A DNA stretch of 32,000 bases, taken from positions 870,001-902,000 of the forward strand of contig NC_009664.2 of NCBI RefSeq assembly GCF_000017305.1. The letters run 5' to 3'. The first letter of the stretch is position 1. Each line of letters opens with the position of its first letter. Source of the DNA: Kineococcus radiotolerans SRS30216 = ATCC BAA-149. GTDB taxonomy: Bacteria > Actinomycetota > Actinomycetes > Actinomycetales > Kineococcaceae. Shown piece by piece: positions 16,588 to 27,588 of the stretch. Both the position numbers and the translations under genes were made by a program. The notes below the pieces were generated by a model. It was not told where the DNA came from. It was given only the letters and a program-made list of their open reading frames with translations, and searched no databases.

Positions 16588-17472
16588 GATGCGTTCCAGC
16601 TCCCAGGTGCGGGCGTGCCGGTCGTCGGTGGCCGAGCACGTCAGCCGGTGCGCCGGCGCGGACCCGACCCGCAGGTGCACGCGCAGCGGCCGGCCCTCGT
16701 GCTCCAGGTCCACGCGCCACCGCCCGTGCTCCTCGTCGACGACGGCCCGCGGGCGCAGCGCGTCCACGGCGTCGATCCCCCGCTGCAGGCGGGCGTGCCC
16801 CTCGGCGGCCTGCACCACCCCGGGGTCGCAGGAGCGTCCCCGCCACCGGTGCGGCAGCACCCGCCCGGACCGCAGGGCCGCCACCAGGGCCGGGGCGTCG
16901 TCCGGGGTCAGGCGCCCGTGGGTGACGCCCGAGGGCAGCGACAGCGCGGTGGCCGCGAAGCGGTCCCCGCCCAGGTGCGAGCACTCCCAGACCGGTTCCG
17001 GGTCCAGGTCCGCGAGCGCGGCGGCCACCGGGCGCCCGCGCAGCGCGCAGCACCAGTCCTTGCGCCCGTGGGTGCACACCAGCAGCAGCGGCCCCCCGTG
17101 GGGTTCCCACCCCTCGTCGTCGGCGACCGCGGCGGGCAGGTCGGCGCGCGCCGCCGTCCGGGTCAGGACCCGGGACCGGCCGCGGCGGACGTCGACGAGG
17201 AACACCCGGCGCGGGCCGTCGGGGTCCAGGTCGCGGGCCGCGGGGCGCCGCACCAGCAGGAGCCGCACCCCGCGCCCGGCCGCGTTCGCGCGCAGCGCGG
17301 CCGTCACGTCCTCCCCCAGCCGGGACGCGGGGACCGTCCCGGCTCCCCAGGCCCCGGGTTCCTCCACCAGCAGGTACCCGCGCACGGCCGTGGCCGTCCC
17401 GAGCAGGGGGTCGCCCCGCTCCTCGGCCGCGGCGGCGCAGGAGAACCTCCGGGCGACGGCCTCCGCGCTCAG
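16579..17472 (-). CDS. Suc_Fer-like (sucrase/ferredoxin-like, Apd1/Aim32-type thioredoxin-fold iron-sulfur) protein
   Basis: Motifs LLLVCTHGRKDWCCALRGRP and ECSHLGGDRFA are present, with an N-terminal CAAAAEERGDPLLGTA...YLLVEEPGAWG pattern as I recall for this family. The 5' end is uncertain. The only options are CTG 17470-17472, overlapping the upstream stop as CTGA, or GTG 17383-17385, which would delete a clearly coding N-terminus. Confidence 0.75.
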   Translation of the reverse strand: MSAEAVARRFSCAAAAEERGDPLLGTATAVRGYLLVEEPGAWGAGTVPASRLGEDVTAALRANAAGRGVRLLLVRRPAARDLDPDGPRRVFLVDVRRGRSRVLTRTAARADLPAAVADDEGWEPHGGPLLLVCTHGRKDWCCALRGRPVAAALADLDPEPVWECSHLGGDRFAATALSLPSGVTHGRLTPDDAPALVAALRSGRVLPHRWRGRSCDPGVVQAAEGHARLQRGIDAVDALRPRAVVDEEHGRWRVDLEHEGRPLRVHLRVGSAPAHRLTCSATDDRHARTWELERIEG

Positions 17473-18773
17473 CGGGGCTCGCCGGCGGTGGGCAGCAGGA
17501 CGCGCTCGCGCAGCAACCGCCGCAGGACCACCAGGGCGTCGGGGACGTCGACGCCCACGCCCGCGGCGGCGAGGTCGGCGGCCGAGGTCCGGGGTGCGGC
17601 GAGGACGTGCTCCAGGGCCGGGCGCAGCCAGCCCGGGAAGGTGACCCGGCGGTCGTCCAGGACCAGGTCCACCCCCTCCCCGGCGGGGACCAGGGACGAG
17701 CGCACCCCCCGGCGCGGGCGCAGGGCGGTGCCCTCGGCCAGCGTCCGGGCGGCCTCGTCCTGGGCCAGGACCCCCACCGGCTCGGCCGGCACGGCCCCCG
17801 AGCGCCGGCGGGCCACGAGGCGGCGCACGGCGTCGTCGTCGAGGGCGTCGAGCCAGCGCTGCGCCGCGGCGCGGAACCCGGCCACCTCCTCGTCCGGCAC
17901 GCCGTCGGCGGCGCCGGGCGCACCCGGCAGCGGCAGCGCGCGGCGCAGGGCGACGTCGGCGACGCCCGCGGAGGCGACGGCGTCGGTGAGGACGTCGGCC
18001 CACGTCGTCGCCAGCAGCCCGACGGTGAGGTGGATGGAGCGGTCCTCGGTGGTGCGCGCGGAGTGCAGCCACCCGCGGGGCAGGTAGAGCGCGTCGCCGG
18101 GTTCGAGCACGGTGTCGATGGCCGGGGGCCGCCCGCCCACGGGGTCGGGGCCGAGCTGCGTCGAGGGCTGGGACTTCAGCGGGAGCTCCACCGCGGGCGG
18201 GTGGATCGTCCAGTGCTTGCGCCCGTCGACCTGGAGCACGACGACGTCGTGGGTGTCGTGGTGGGGCTTGAACCCCTGCGCGCCGGGCGGGGTGACGTAG
18301 ACGTTCACCTGGCACTGGTGGCCGAGGTCCGCCGCGAGCTGCGAGCAGAAGGTCTGCAGGGCCGGCCAGGTGCGGTGCAGGGCCTGCAGCACGATCGTCG
18401 CCCCGCCGGCGTGGGCGGCGGCGACGCGGTCGGTGTCGGGCAGGTCCGCCAGCTGCTGGTTGCCGGCCACGGCGCGGCGGGTGTACGAGGACCGGGGCAG
18501 CGGGGTCCCGTCCTGGACGAGGGAGAAGAACGGGGTCCGCAGCGCGCGCGGCCCCAGCAGCTCATCGACGTCGGCGGGCGAGAGCAGGTCGTGGACCGAG
18601 GCCCGGCCGCCCTCCGCGGCGCGGTCGGCCGCCCGCACGAGGAGCGGGCGGGTGTTCCAGTGCTCCCCGGCGATGCGCTCGGCGGCCTCGCCGAAGCAGC
18701 GGCGCAACGCCGGGCCGGCCCCGCGCGCCGGGGCGTCGGCCCCGGCGGCGGGACGGGAGGGGGCCAGGGTCAC
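17469..18773 (-). CDS. JmjC/cupin-4 family Fe(II)/2-oxoglutarate oxygenase (ribosomal-oxygenase-like) with a C-terminal winged-helix region
   Basis: 434-aa ORF with a GTG start. It has an HxD...H facial-triad candidate (KPHHDTHD ... SIHLTVG), the LQVDGRKHWTIH beta-strand pattern and GDALYLPRGWLH. The overall layout resembles the YcfD/RoxA class. Confidence 0.8.
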   Translation of the reverse strand: MTLAPSRPAAGADAPARGAGPALRRCFGEAAERIAGEHWNTRPLLVRAADRAAEGGRASVHDLLSPADVDELLGPRALRTPFFSLVQDGTPLPRSSYTRRAVAGNQQLADLPDTDRVAAAHAGGATIVLQALHRTWPALQTFCSQLAADLGHQCQVNVYVTPPGAQGFKPHHDTHDVVVLQVDGRKHWTIHPPAVELPLKSQPSTQLGPDPVGGRPPAIDTVLEPGDALYLPRGWLHSARTTEDRSIHLTVGLLATTWADVLTDAVASAGVADVALRRALPLPGAPGAADGVPDEEVAGFRAAAQRWLDALDDDAVRRLVARRRSGAVPAEPVGVLAQDEAARTLAEGTALRPRRGVRSSLVPAGEGVDLVLDDRRVTFPGWLRPALEHVLAAPRTSAADLAAAGVGVDVPDALVVLRRLLRERVLLPTAGEPR

Positions 18774-18774
18774 G

Positions 18775-19005
18775 TCAGGACCCCGCGGAGTCGCTGCCCG
18801 CCGGGTCGGTGCCCGCGGGGTCGACCTGGGTGGAGTCGGAGTCGCCGGAGTCGGAGTCCCCGCCCTCCCCGCCGTCGGGGTCCACCCCGGCCGGGTCGCT
18901 GCCGGAGGGGTCGACCTGCGTCGCGTCGGAGTCGCCGGAGTCCGCGTCGCCCTCCGTCGCGGTGGTGCCGGTGGTGGTGATGTCGTCGTCGCTGAGGCTG
19001 CTCAT
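18775..19005 (-). CDS. 76-aa hyper-acidic low-complexity repeat peptide (hypothetical)
   Basis: ATG 19003-19005 encodes MSSLSDDDITTTGTTATEGDADSGDSDATQVDPSGSDPAGVDPDGGEGGDSDSGDSDSTQVDPAGTDPAGSDSAGS. Its stop lies 1 nt before the JmjC start. It has 18 Asp and 2 Glu and no K, R, H, C, N, F, W or Y. GC3 is high, but the antisense frame shares the same wobble positions, so coding is not proven. There is no SD; an alternative GTG start is at 19041. Confidence 0.45.
   Translation of the reverse strand: MSSLSDDDITTTGTTATEGDADSGDSDATQVDPSGSDPAGVDPDGGEGGDSDSGDSDSTQVDPAGTDPAGSDSAGS
18801..18955 (-). repeat. two imperfect ~65-68-nt direct repeats with a 90-nt (30-codon) period inside the acidic ORF
   Basis: 18801-18868 and 18891-18955 align with few mismatches (CCGGGTCG.TGCC...GGGGTCGACCTG.GT...GTCGGAGTCGCCGGAGTC...CCCTCC). 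They encode GDADSGDSDATQVDPSGSDPAG and GGDSDSGDSDSTQVDPAGTDPAG. Confidence 0.85.
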
Positions 19006-19048
19006 GGGGGGAGCGTGGCAGGGCTCGCCGCCCGGCACCACCCGGGAC

Positions 19049-19089
19049 GCCGAGACCCCCGCCCCCGGGACGGGGACGGGGGTCTCGGC
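19049..19089 (-). terminator. GC-rich hairpin downstream of ilvC (no U-tract)
   Basis: GCCGAGACCCCCG (19049-19061) and CGGGGGTCTCGGC (19077-19089) form a perfect 13-bp stem with a 15-nt loop, beginning 6 nt after the ilvC stop. Confidence 0.55.
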
Positions 19090-19095
19090 GGCGGA

Positions 19096-22525
<3,430 letters not shown>

Positions 22526-22599
22526 CTGGTGTCCTCCTCGGGCGGTGCCGTTCACGGTGTCGTGCGTCCGGACGCCCGGCAGATCGGTCCGCCGGACGC

Positions 22600-22637
22600 A
22601 AAAAGACCCCTCAGCCAGGGATGGCGTGTGAGGGGTC
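22600..22637 (-). terminator. intrinsic terminator acting as the ilvBNC attenuator
   Basis: On the minus strand, GACCCCUCA (22637-22629), a 15-nt loop and UGAGGGGUC (22613-22605) are followed directly by UUUUU (22604-22600). It lies between the leader ORF and ilvB. This is the only canonical hairpin plus U-tract terminator I found in the window. Confidence 0.7.
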
Positions 22638-22656
22638 GCGCGCTCGGCCGAACTGG

Positions 22657-22695
22657 TCAGCCGGCGCGCTGTCCGATGGCTACGAGGAACCGCAT
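22657..22695 (-). CDS. ilvB leader peptide, [12 protein letters not shown] (12 codons)
   Basis: ATG CGG TTC CTC GTA GCC ATC GGA CAG CGC GCC GGC TGA contains Leu, Val (rare GTA codon) and Ile codons. It ends 19 nt before the attenuator stem. Its 3' end (GCGCGCCGGC) can pair with the downstream GCCGAGCGCGC. Confidence 0.6.
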   Translation of the reverse strand: MRFLVAIGQRAG

Positions 22696-22701
22696 GGAGC
22701 G

Positions 22702-22730
22702 AAGGTAGCCCGTCGGTGGGCGGATGTCAG
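22702..22730 (-). promoter_or_regulatory. candidate promoter for the ilv leader (-35 CTGACA, 17-nt spacer, -10 TACCTT)
   Basis: The -10 hexamer (22707-22702) ends 6 nt before the leader ATG, which implies a leaderless leader-peptide transcript. The -35 is at 22730-22725. Confidence 0.4.
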
Positions 22731-22740
22731 CCGAGGGGCC

Positions 22741-22788
22741 GTCGCGTCTCACATCCTGGACACCTGGTCCAGGTGCTGGACGCGACGG
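22741..22788 (-). terminator. imperfect long hairpin downstream of ilvD
   Basis: The outer stem is GTCGCGTC/GACGCGAC and the inner stem is CCTGGAC-acctg-GTCCAGG. There is no U-tract. It lies between the ilvD stop (22798) and the ilv leader promoter. Confidence 0.45.
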
Positions 22789-22797
22789 CCCGGTCGC

Positions 22798-24489
22798 TCA
22801 GCGGCAGACGGCCCCGAGCGAGGCGGACTGGACCTGCTTGGCGTACTTGGCCAGCACCCCGCGCTTGAAGACCGGGGGCAGCGGCTCCCAGCCCTCGCGG
22901 CGGGCGGCGAGCTCCTCCTCGTCCACCAGCACCTCGAGGGTCTTGCCGGCGACGTCCAGGCGGATCCGGTCCCCGTCGCGCACGAACGCGATGGGACCGG
23001 CGTCGACGGCCTCGGGGGCCACGTGCCCCACGCACAGGCCCGTCGTCCCGCCGGAGAAGCGCCCGTCGGTCATGAGCAGCACGTCCTTGCCCAGGCCCGC
23101 GCCCTTGATCGCGCCGGTGATGGCGAGCATCTCGCGCATCCCCGGGCCGCCCTTGGGGCCCTCGTAGCGGATGACGACGACGTCGCCGGCGGAGATCGTG
23201 CCGTCCTCCAGGGCGTCCAGGGCGGCGCGCTCGCGCTCGAAGACCCGCGCGGTGCCCTCGAAGACGTCGGAGTCGAAGCCCGCGCTCTTCACCACCGCGC
23301 CGCCGGGGGCGAGGTTGCCGGAGAGGATCGTGATGCCGCCGGTCTTGTGGATGGGGTCCTGCAGCGAGCGCAGCACGACGCCGTCGACGTCGGGCGGGGC
23401 GATGTCGGCGAGGTTCTCGGCCATCGTCCTCCCGGTCACCGTCAGGCAGTCCCCGTGCAGCAGGCCCGCGTCCAGCAGCGCGCGCATGACGACGGGGATG
23501 CCGCCGATGCGGTCGACGTCGACCATGACGTGGCGGCCGAAGGGCTTGAGGTCGGCCAGGTGCGGGACCTTCGCGGCGACGCGGTCGAAGTCGGCGAGGG
23601 TGAGGTCGACCTCGGCCTCGTAGGCGATGGCCAGCAGGTGCAGGACGGCGTTGGTGGAGCCGCCCAGGGCCATGACGACGGCGATGGCGTTCTCGAACGC
23701 CTCCTTGGTGAGGATCTGCCGGGCGGTGATGCCCTTCGAGAGCAGGTTCACCACGGCCTCGCCGGAGCGGCGGGCGAACCCGTCGCGACGGCGGTCGGTC
23801 GCGGGCGGGGCCGCGCTGCCGGGCAGGGACATCCCCAGCGCCTCGGCCGCGGCGGCCATCGTGTTCGCGGTGTACATGCCCCCGCAGGCCCCCTCGCCGG
23901 GGCAGATGGCGCGCTCGATGACGTCGACGTCCTCGCGGGACATCAGCCCCCGCGCGCACGCCCCGACGGCCTCGAAGGCGTCGATGAGGGTGACCTCGTG
24001 CTCGCTGCCGTCGGACAGCTTGGCCCGCCCGGGCAGGATCGTGCCGGCGTAGAGGAAGACGCTGGCCAGGTCCAGGCGCGCGGCGGCCATGAGCATCCCC
24101 GGCAGGGACTTGTCGCAGCCGGCGAGCAGGACGGACCCGTCGAGGCGCTCGGCGCTCATGACGGTCTCGACGGAGTCGGCGATGACCTCGCGCGAGACGA
24201 GGGAGTAGTGCATCCCCTCGTGGCCCATCGAGATGCCGTCGGAGACGGAGATGGTGCCGAACTCCATCGGGAAGCCGTGGGCGGAGTGCACGCCGTCCTT
24301 GACGGCCTTCGCGAGGCGGTCCAGGGACAGGTTGCAGGGGGTGATCTCGTTCCAGCTGGAGGCCACCCCGATCTGGGGCTTCTCCCAGTCGTCGTCGCCC
24401 ATGCCGACGGCGCGGAGCATGCCGCGCGAGGCGGTCGCCTCCAGACCGTCGGTGACCTGGCGACTGCGGGGCTTGATGTCGACGCTCAC
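22798..24489 (-). CDS. ilvD: dihydroxy-acid dehydratase
   Basis: The 563-aa product is near-collinear with my recollection of mycobacterial IlvD ([37 protein letters not shown], ...GAVC at the C-terminus). GTG start at 24487-24489. Confidence 0.95.
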   Translation of the reverse strand: MSVDIKPRSRQVTDGLEATASRGMLRAVGMGDDDWEKPQIGVASSWNEITPCNLSLDRLAKAVKDGVHSAHGFPMEFGTISVSDGISMGHEGMHYSLVSREVIADSVETVMSAERLDGSVLLAGCDKSLPGMLMAAARLDLASVFLYAGTILPGRAKLSDGSEHEVTLIDAFEAVGACARGLMSREDVDVIERAICPGEGACGGMYTANTMAAAAEALGMSLPGSAAPPATDRRRDGFARRSGEAVVNLLSKGITARQILTKEAFENAIAVVMALGGSTNAVLHLLAIAYEAEVDLTLADFDRVAAKVPHLADLKPFGRHVMVDVDRIGGIPVVMRALLDAGLLHGDCLTVTGRTMAENLADIAPPDVDGVVLRSLQDPIHKTGGITILSGNLAPGGAVVKSAGFDSDVFEGTARVFERERAALDALEDGTISAGDVVVIRYEGPKGGPGMREMLAITGAIKGAGLGKDVLLMTDGRFSGGTTGLCVGHVAPEAVDAGPIAFVRDGDRIRLDVAGKTLEVLVDEEELAARREGWEPLPPVFKRGVLAKYAKQVQSASLGAVCR

Positions 24490-24495
24490 GGGCTG

Positions 24496-24501
24496 AGTCT
24501 A
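24496..24501 (-). promoter_or_regulatory. candidate -10 hexamer (TAGACT) for a leaderless ilvD transcript
   Basis: TANNNT hexamer lies 6 nt upstream of the ilvD GTG, with no SD. Confidence 0.35.
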
Positions 24502-24524
24502 GGCACGCCCGGCGCCGCGGCCCG

Positions 24525-24553
24525 TTGACCGGCCCGGAGCGGGGTGACTACGG
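24525..24553 (+). promoter_or_regulatory. candidate promoter of the Gfo/AKR-lacI operon (-35 TTGACC, 17-nt spacer, -10 TACGGT)
   Basis: TTGACC is at 24525-24530 and TACGGT at 24548-24553. The predicted start site lies just upstream of the palindromic operator. AAGGAG lies 7 nt before GTG 24611. Confidence 0.45.
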
Positions 24554-24562
24554 TGGGCGTCG

Positions 24563-24576
24563 TCGTGAACGTTCAC
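24563..24576. promoter_or_regulatory. perfect 14-bp palindrome CGTGAACGTTCACG, a LacI-family operator candidate
   Basis: It is exactly self-complementary around a central CG, matching the generic LacI/GalR operator shape (TGnnnnCGnnnnCA). It sits between the predicted -10 and the SD of an operon that ends in a LacI-family repressor gene. Confidence 0.6.
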
Positions 24577-24610
24577 GGCTCTCTGCCCCCCGGCTCGAAG
24601 GAGCGCCCCC

Positions 24611-26608
24611 GTGCCCACCCCCACCACCCGCTGGGCCGTCCTCGGCCCCGGCGGGATCGCCCGCCGCTTCGTGAGCCAGCTCCCCGCGGCCGGCCACGAG
24701 CTCGTGGCCGTCGGCGCCTCCCCCACCCCCGCCGGGGCCGAGCGCGCCCGCGCCTTCGCGGCGGAGTTCGCCCCCCTCTTCGCCGCCCCCGCCGCCGTCG
24801 GCGACTACGACGAGGTCCTGGCCCGCGACGACGTCGACGCGGTCTACGTGAGCACCGTGCACGTCACCCACGCCAAGCTCGCCCTGGCCGCCGTCCGCGC
24901 CGGCAAGCACGTGCTCTGCGAGAAGCCGCTGGCCCCCAACCACGGCACGGTCATGGCGGTCGTCGACGCCGCCCGCGAGGCCGGGGTCCACTTCCTCGAG
25001 GCGTACATGTACGCCCACCACCCGCAGATCGCCAAGCTGCTGGACCTCGTGCGCTCGGGGGCGATCGGCACCGTCCAGCACGTCGACGCCAGCTTCTCCT
25101 TCGCCACCGGCGCCAAGGAGGGCCGCCTCTACGACGCCGACCTCGCCGGCGGCGGGATCCTCGACGTCGGGGGCTACCCCGTCTCCGCCGCCCACCTCGT
25201 CGCCGCGGCCGCGCTGGGCCGCCCCGCCGCGGTGACGGGGTTCTCCGCGCAGGGCACCGTGGGCGAGACCGGGGTCGACGAGTGGGCCGTGGCCTCGATC
25301 GTCTTCACCGGTGGCGTCACGGCCTCCGTCCGCACCGGGGTCGCGCTGTCCGAGCCGCAGTCCGTCACCGTGCACGGCTCCGGGGGCACGATCCACCTGC
25401 CCGACCCGTGGACGGTCCTCGGCGACACCCGCGTCGTGCTCACCCGGCCCGGCGCGGAGCCCGAGACGTTCGCGTTCGACCCCGACCTGCCCGAGAACAA
25501 GGCGTACGCCCGCGAGGCCGTGGCGCTGGTCTCCGACGAGACCCCCGTGTTCACCCTCGACGACACCCTCGCCGTCAACGCGGTCCTGAACCGCTGGCGC
25601 GACGCCATCGGCCTGCGCTACCCCTTCGAGGCCGACACCGCCGACATCCCCACGGTCTCCGGGCTCCCGCTGCGCCGCCGCGAACCCACCGCGATGAGGT
25701 ACGGGACGATCCGGGGCCTGGACCGGCCCGTCTCCCGCCTCGTCATGGGCTGCGACAACCAGCCCGACCTGGCCCACGCCTCGGCCGTCTTCGACGCGTT
25801 CGTCGAAGCCGGCGGGAACACGTTCGACACCGCGTGGGTGTACGGGATGGGCAAGTACGAGAAGCTGTTCGGTCGCTGGCTGGCCAACCGCGGGATCCGT
25901 TCCGACGTGAACGTCATCGTCAAGGGGTGCCACACCCCCCACAACGACCCCGAGTCGCTGACCCGGCAGCTGTTCGAGTCGCTGGAACGCCAGGGCCACG
26001 ACCACGCGGACGTCTACATGATGCACCGCGACAACGAGGACGTCCCCGTCGGCGAGTTCGTCGACGTCCTCGACGAGCACGCTTCGGCGGGACGGATCAG
26101 CGCCTACGGCGGGTCGAACTGGTCCCCCGCCCGTGTCGACGAGGCGAACGCCTACGCCGAGGCGAACGGCAAGCGGCCGTTCACGGTGCTGTCCAACCAC
26201 TTCGGGCTCGCCGAGGCCTACGACGTCCCGTGGGCGGGCTGCCGGCACGTGACGGACCCGGAGTCCAAGCGGTGGCTGACCGAGCGGAACATCGCCCTGC
26301 TGCCGTGGTCCTCGCAGGCCCGCGGGTTCTTCGCCCGCGCCGACGCGGACGACCGCAGCGACGCCGAACTCGTGCGCTGCTACTACAGCGACGCGAACTT
26401 CGAGCGCAAGGCGCGGGCCGAGCAGCTGGGGCGGGAACTGGGCGTCCCGGCGACGGCCGTCGCCCTGGCCTACGTCCTGGCCCAGCCGTTCCCGACGTTC
26501 GCGCTGTTCGGTCCCCGCACGATCGCGGAGGCCCGCTCCTCCATGACCGGCCTCGGGGTCGAGCTGGACGCGCAGCAGGTGGCGTGGCTGGACCTGCGCG
26601 AGGGGTGA
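24611..26608 (+). CDS. fusion protein: N-terminal Gfo/Idh/MocA oxidoreductase plus C-terminal aldo/keto reductase
   Basis: 665 aa. Residues 1 to ~345 have the Rossmann GPGGIARRF, the EKPLA motif (CEKPLAPN) and a Gfo/Idh/MocA C-terminal domain. From the internal Met (ATG 25694) it reads MRYGTIRGLDRPVSRLVMGC...FDTAWVYG...MHRDN, an AKR with candidate D/Y/K/H catalytic residues. There is no stop between the halves. Confidence 0.85.
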   Translation: MPTPTTRWAVLGPGGIARRFVSQLPAAGHELVAVGASPTPAGAERARAFAAEFAPLFAAPAAVGDYDEVLARDDVDAVYVSTVHVTHAKLALAAVRAGKHVLCEKPLAPNHGTVMAVVDAAREAGVHFLEAYMYAHHPQIAKLLDLVRSGAIGTVQHVDASFSFATGAKEGRLYDADLAGGGILDVGGYPVSAAHLVAAAALGRPAAVTGFSAQGTVGETGVDEWAVASIVFTGGVTASVRTGVALSEPQSVTVHGSGGTIHLPDPWTVLGDTRVVLTRPGAEPETFAFDPDLPENKAYAREAVALVSDETPVFTLDDTLAVNAVLNRWRDAIGLRYPFEADTADIPTVSGLPLRRREPTAMRYGTIRGLDRPVSRLVMGCDNQPDLAHASAVFDAFVEAGGNTFDTAWVYGMGKYEKLFGRWLANRGIRSDVNVIVKGCHTPHNDPESLTRQLFESLERQGHDHADVYMMHRDNEDVPVGEFVDVLDEHASAGRISAYGGSNWSPARVDEANAYAEANGKRPFTVLSNHFGLAEAYDVPWAGCRHVTDPESKRWLTERNIALLPWSSQARGFFARADADDRSDAELVRCYYSDANFERKARAEQLGRELGVPATAVALAYVLAQPFPTFALFGPRTIAEARSSMTGLGVELDAQQVAWLDLREG

Positions 26609-27552
26609 ACGCCTCGGCTCCGCGGGCCGCGACGATCGTCGACGTGGCCCGCGTCGCCGGGGTGTCCCGGCAGACGGTGACCCGTGCGCTGCACGACATG
26701 CCGGGCATCAACGCCGGGACGCGCGAACGGGTGCTCGCCGCCGCGCGGGAGCTGAACTACCACCCCTCCCGGTTCGGGCGGGGCCTGGTGAAACCCGCCG
26801 GGCGCACCCTCGGGCTGCTGGTCGGGGACCTCACCAACCCCTACTACGGGGAACTCGCCTCGACCGTCCTGCGGCTGGCCGGGGAACGCGGCTGGAACGT
26901 CGTGATGGCCGAACCGGGCAGCCTCAGCGACCTCGCCGGCGCCACCGACGCCGTCGTCGGCTTCACCGGGTCGAGCATCGAGGTCCCCCGGGCCGGGGCG
27001 CCGAACCTGCCCGTCGTCGAGATCGACCCCCCGCACGACCACCCCGGCCACGGCCGGGTGGAGTTCGAGCGCGCGCAGGCGTCCCGGGACGCCGTCTCGC
27101 ACCTGCTGGCCCGCGGGGTGCGCCGTCCCGTGGTGCTGGACCTGCTGGGACCCGAGGGGTGCTCGCGGCGCGGCCGGGCCTTCGTCGAGGCCTTCCGGGA
27201 CGCCGGGGTGGAACCCGCGGTCGCCGACCGGGCCTCCTCCTGGGCGGACCTCGCCGGGGACCGGCCCGGCGCCGGGCCCGACGCGGTGGTCGCCTTCAAC
27301 GACCTCGAGGGTTTCCGGGTCCTGCGGGACCTACGCACGGCCGGGCTGCGGGTCCCGCAGGACGTGCGGGTGGTCGGCGTCGACGGTCTCGCGCTCGGCG
27401 AGTTCGTCGCCCCGCGGCTGTCGACCCTCACGATCGACCTGACCGAGGTGGCCCGGGCCGCCCTCGACCTCGTCGTGGAACTCTCCGGGCCCCGCTCCGG
27501 CGAGGCGGTGCGGGTGGTCCCGCACCGCTTCGTCGCCCGCGACTCCACCTGA
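26605..27552 (+). CDS. LacI-family transcriptional regulator
   Basis: GTG 26605 overlaps the upstream stop (GTGA). The N-terminal helix-turn-helix is TIVDVARVAGVSRQTVTRALHD, followed by a periplasmic-binding-protein-like core (LLVGDLTNPYY, VVAFNDLEGF, VVGVDG). Confidence 0.88.
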   Translation: MNASAPRAATIVDVARVAGVSRQTVTRALHDMPGINAGTRERVLAAARELNYHPSRFGRGLVKPAGRTLGLLVGDLTNPYYGELASTVLRLAGERGWNVVMAEPGSLSDLAGATDAVVGFTGSSIEVPRAGAPNLPVVEIDPPHDHPGHGRVEFERAQASRDAVSHLLARGVRRPVVLDLLGPEGCSRRGRAFVEAFRDAGVEPAVADRASSWADLAGDRPGAGPDAVVAFNDLEGFRVLRDLRTAGLRVPQDVRVVGVDGLALGEFVAPRLSTLTIDLTEVARAALDLVVELSGPRSGEAVRVVPHRFVARDST

Positions 27553-27588
27553 CGCACGACGCCGGGCCGGTCCGAGGCGCGCCCTGGG

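Noticed and set aside
17440-17480. Programmed -1 frameshift fusing the JmjC protein to the Suc_Fer-like protein.
   Set aside because: The Suc_Fer frame is -1 relative to the JmjC frame, but I see no slippery heptamer of the X XXY YYZ type and no obvious downstream pseudoknot near the JmjC stop. A CTG start or reinitiation is the simpler explanation.
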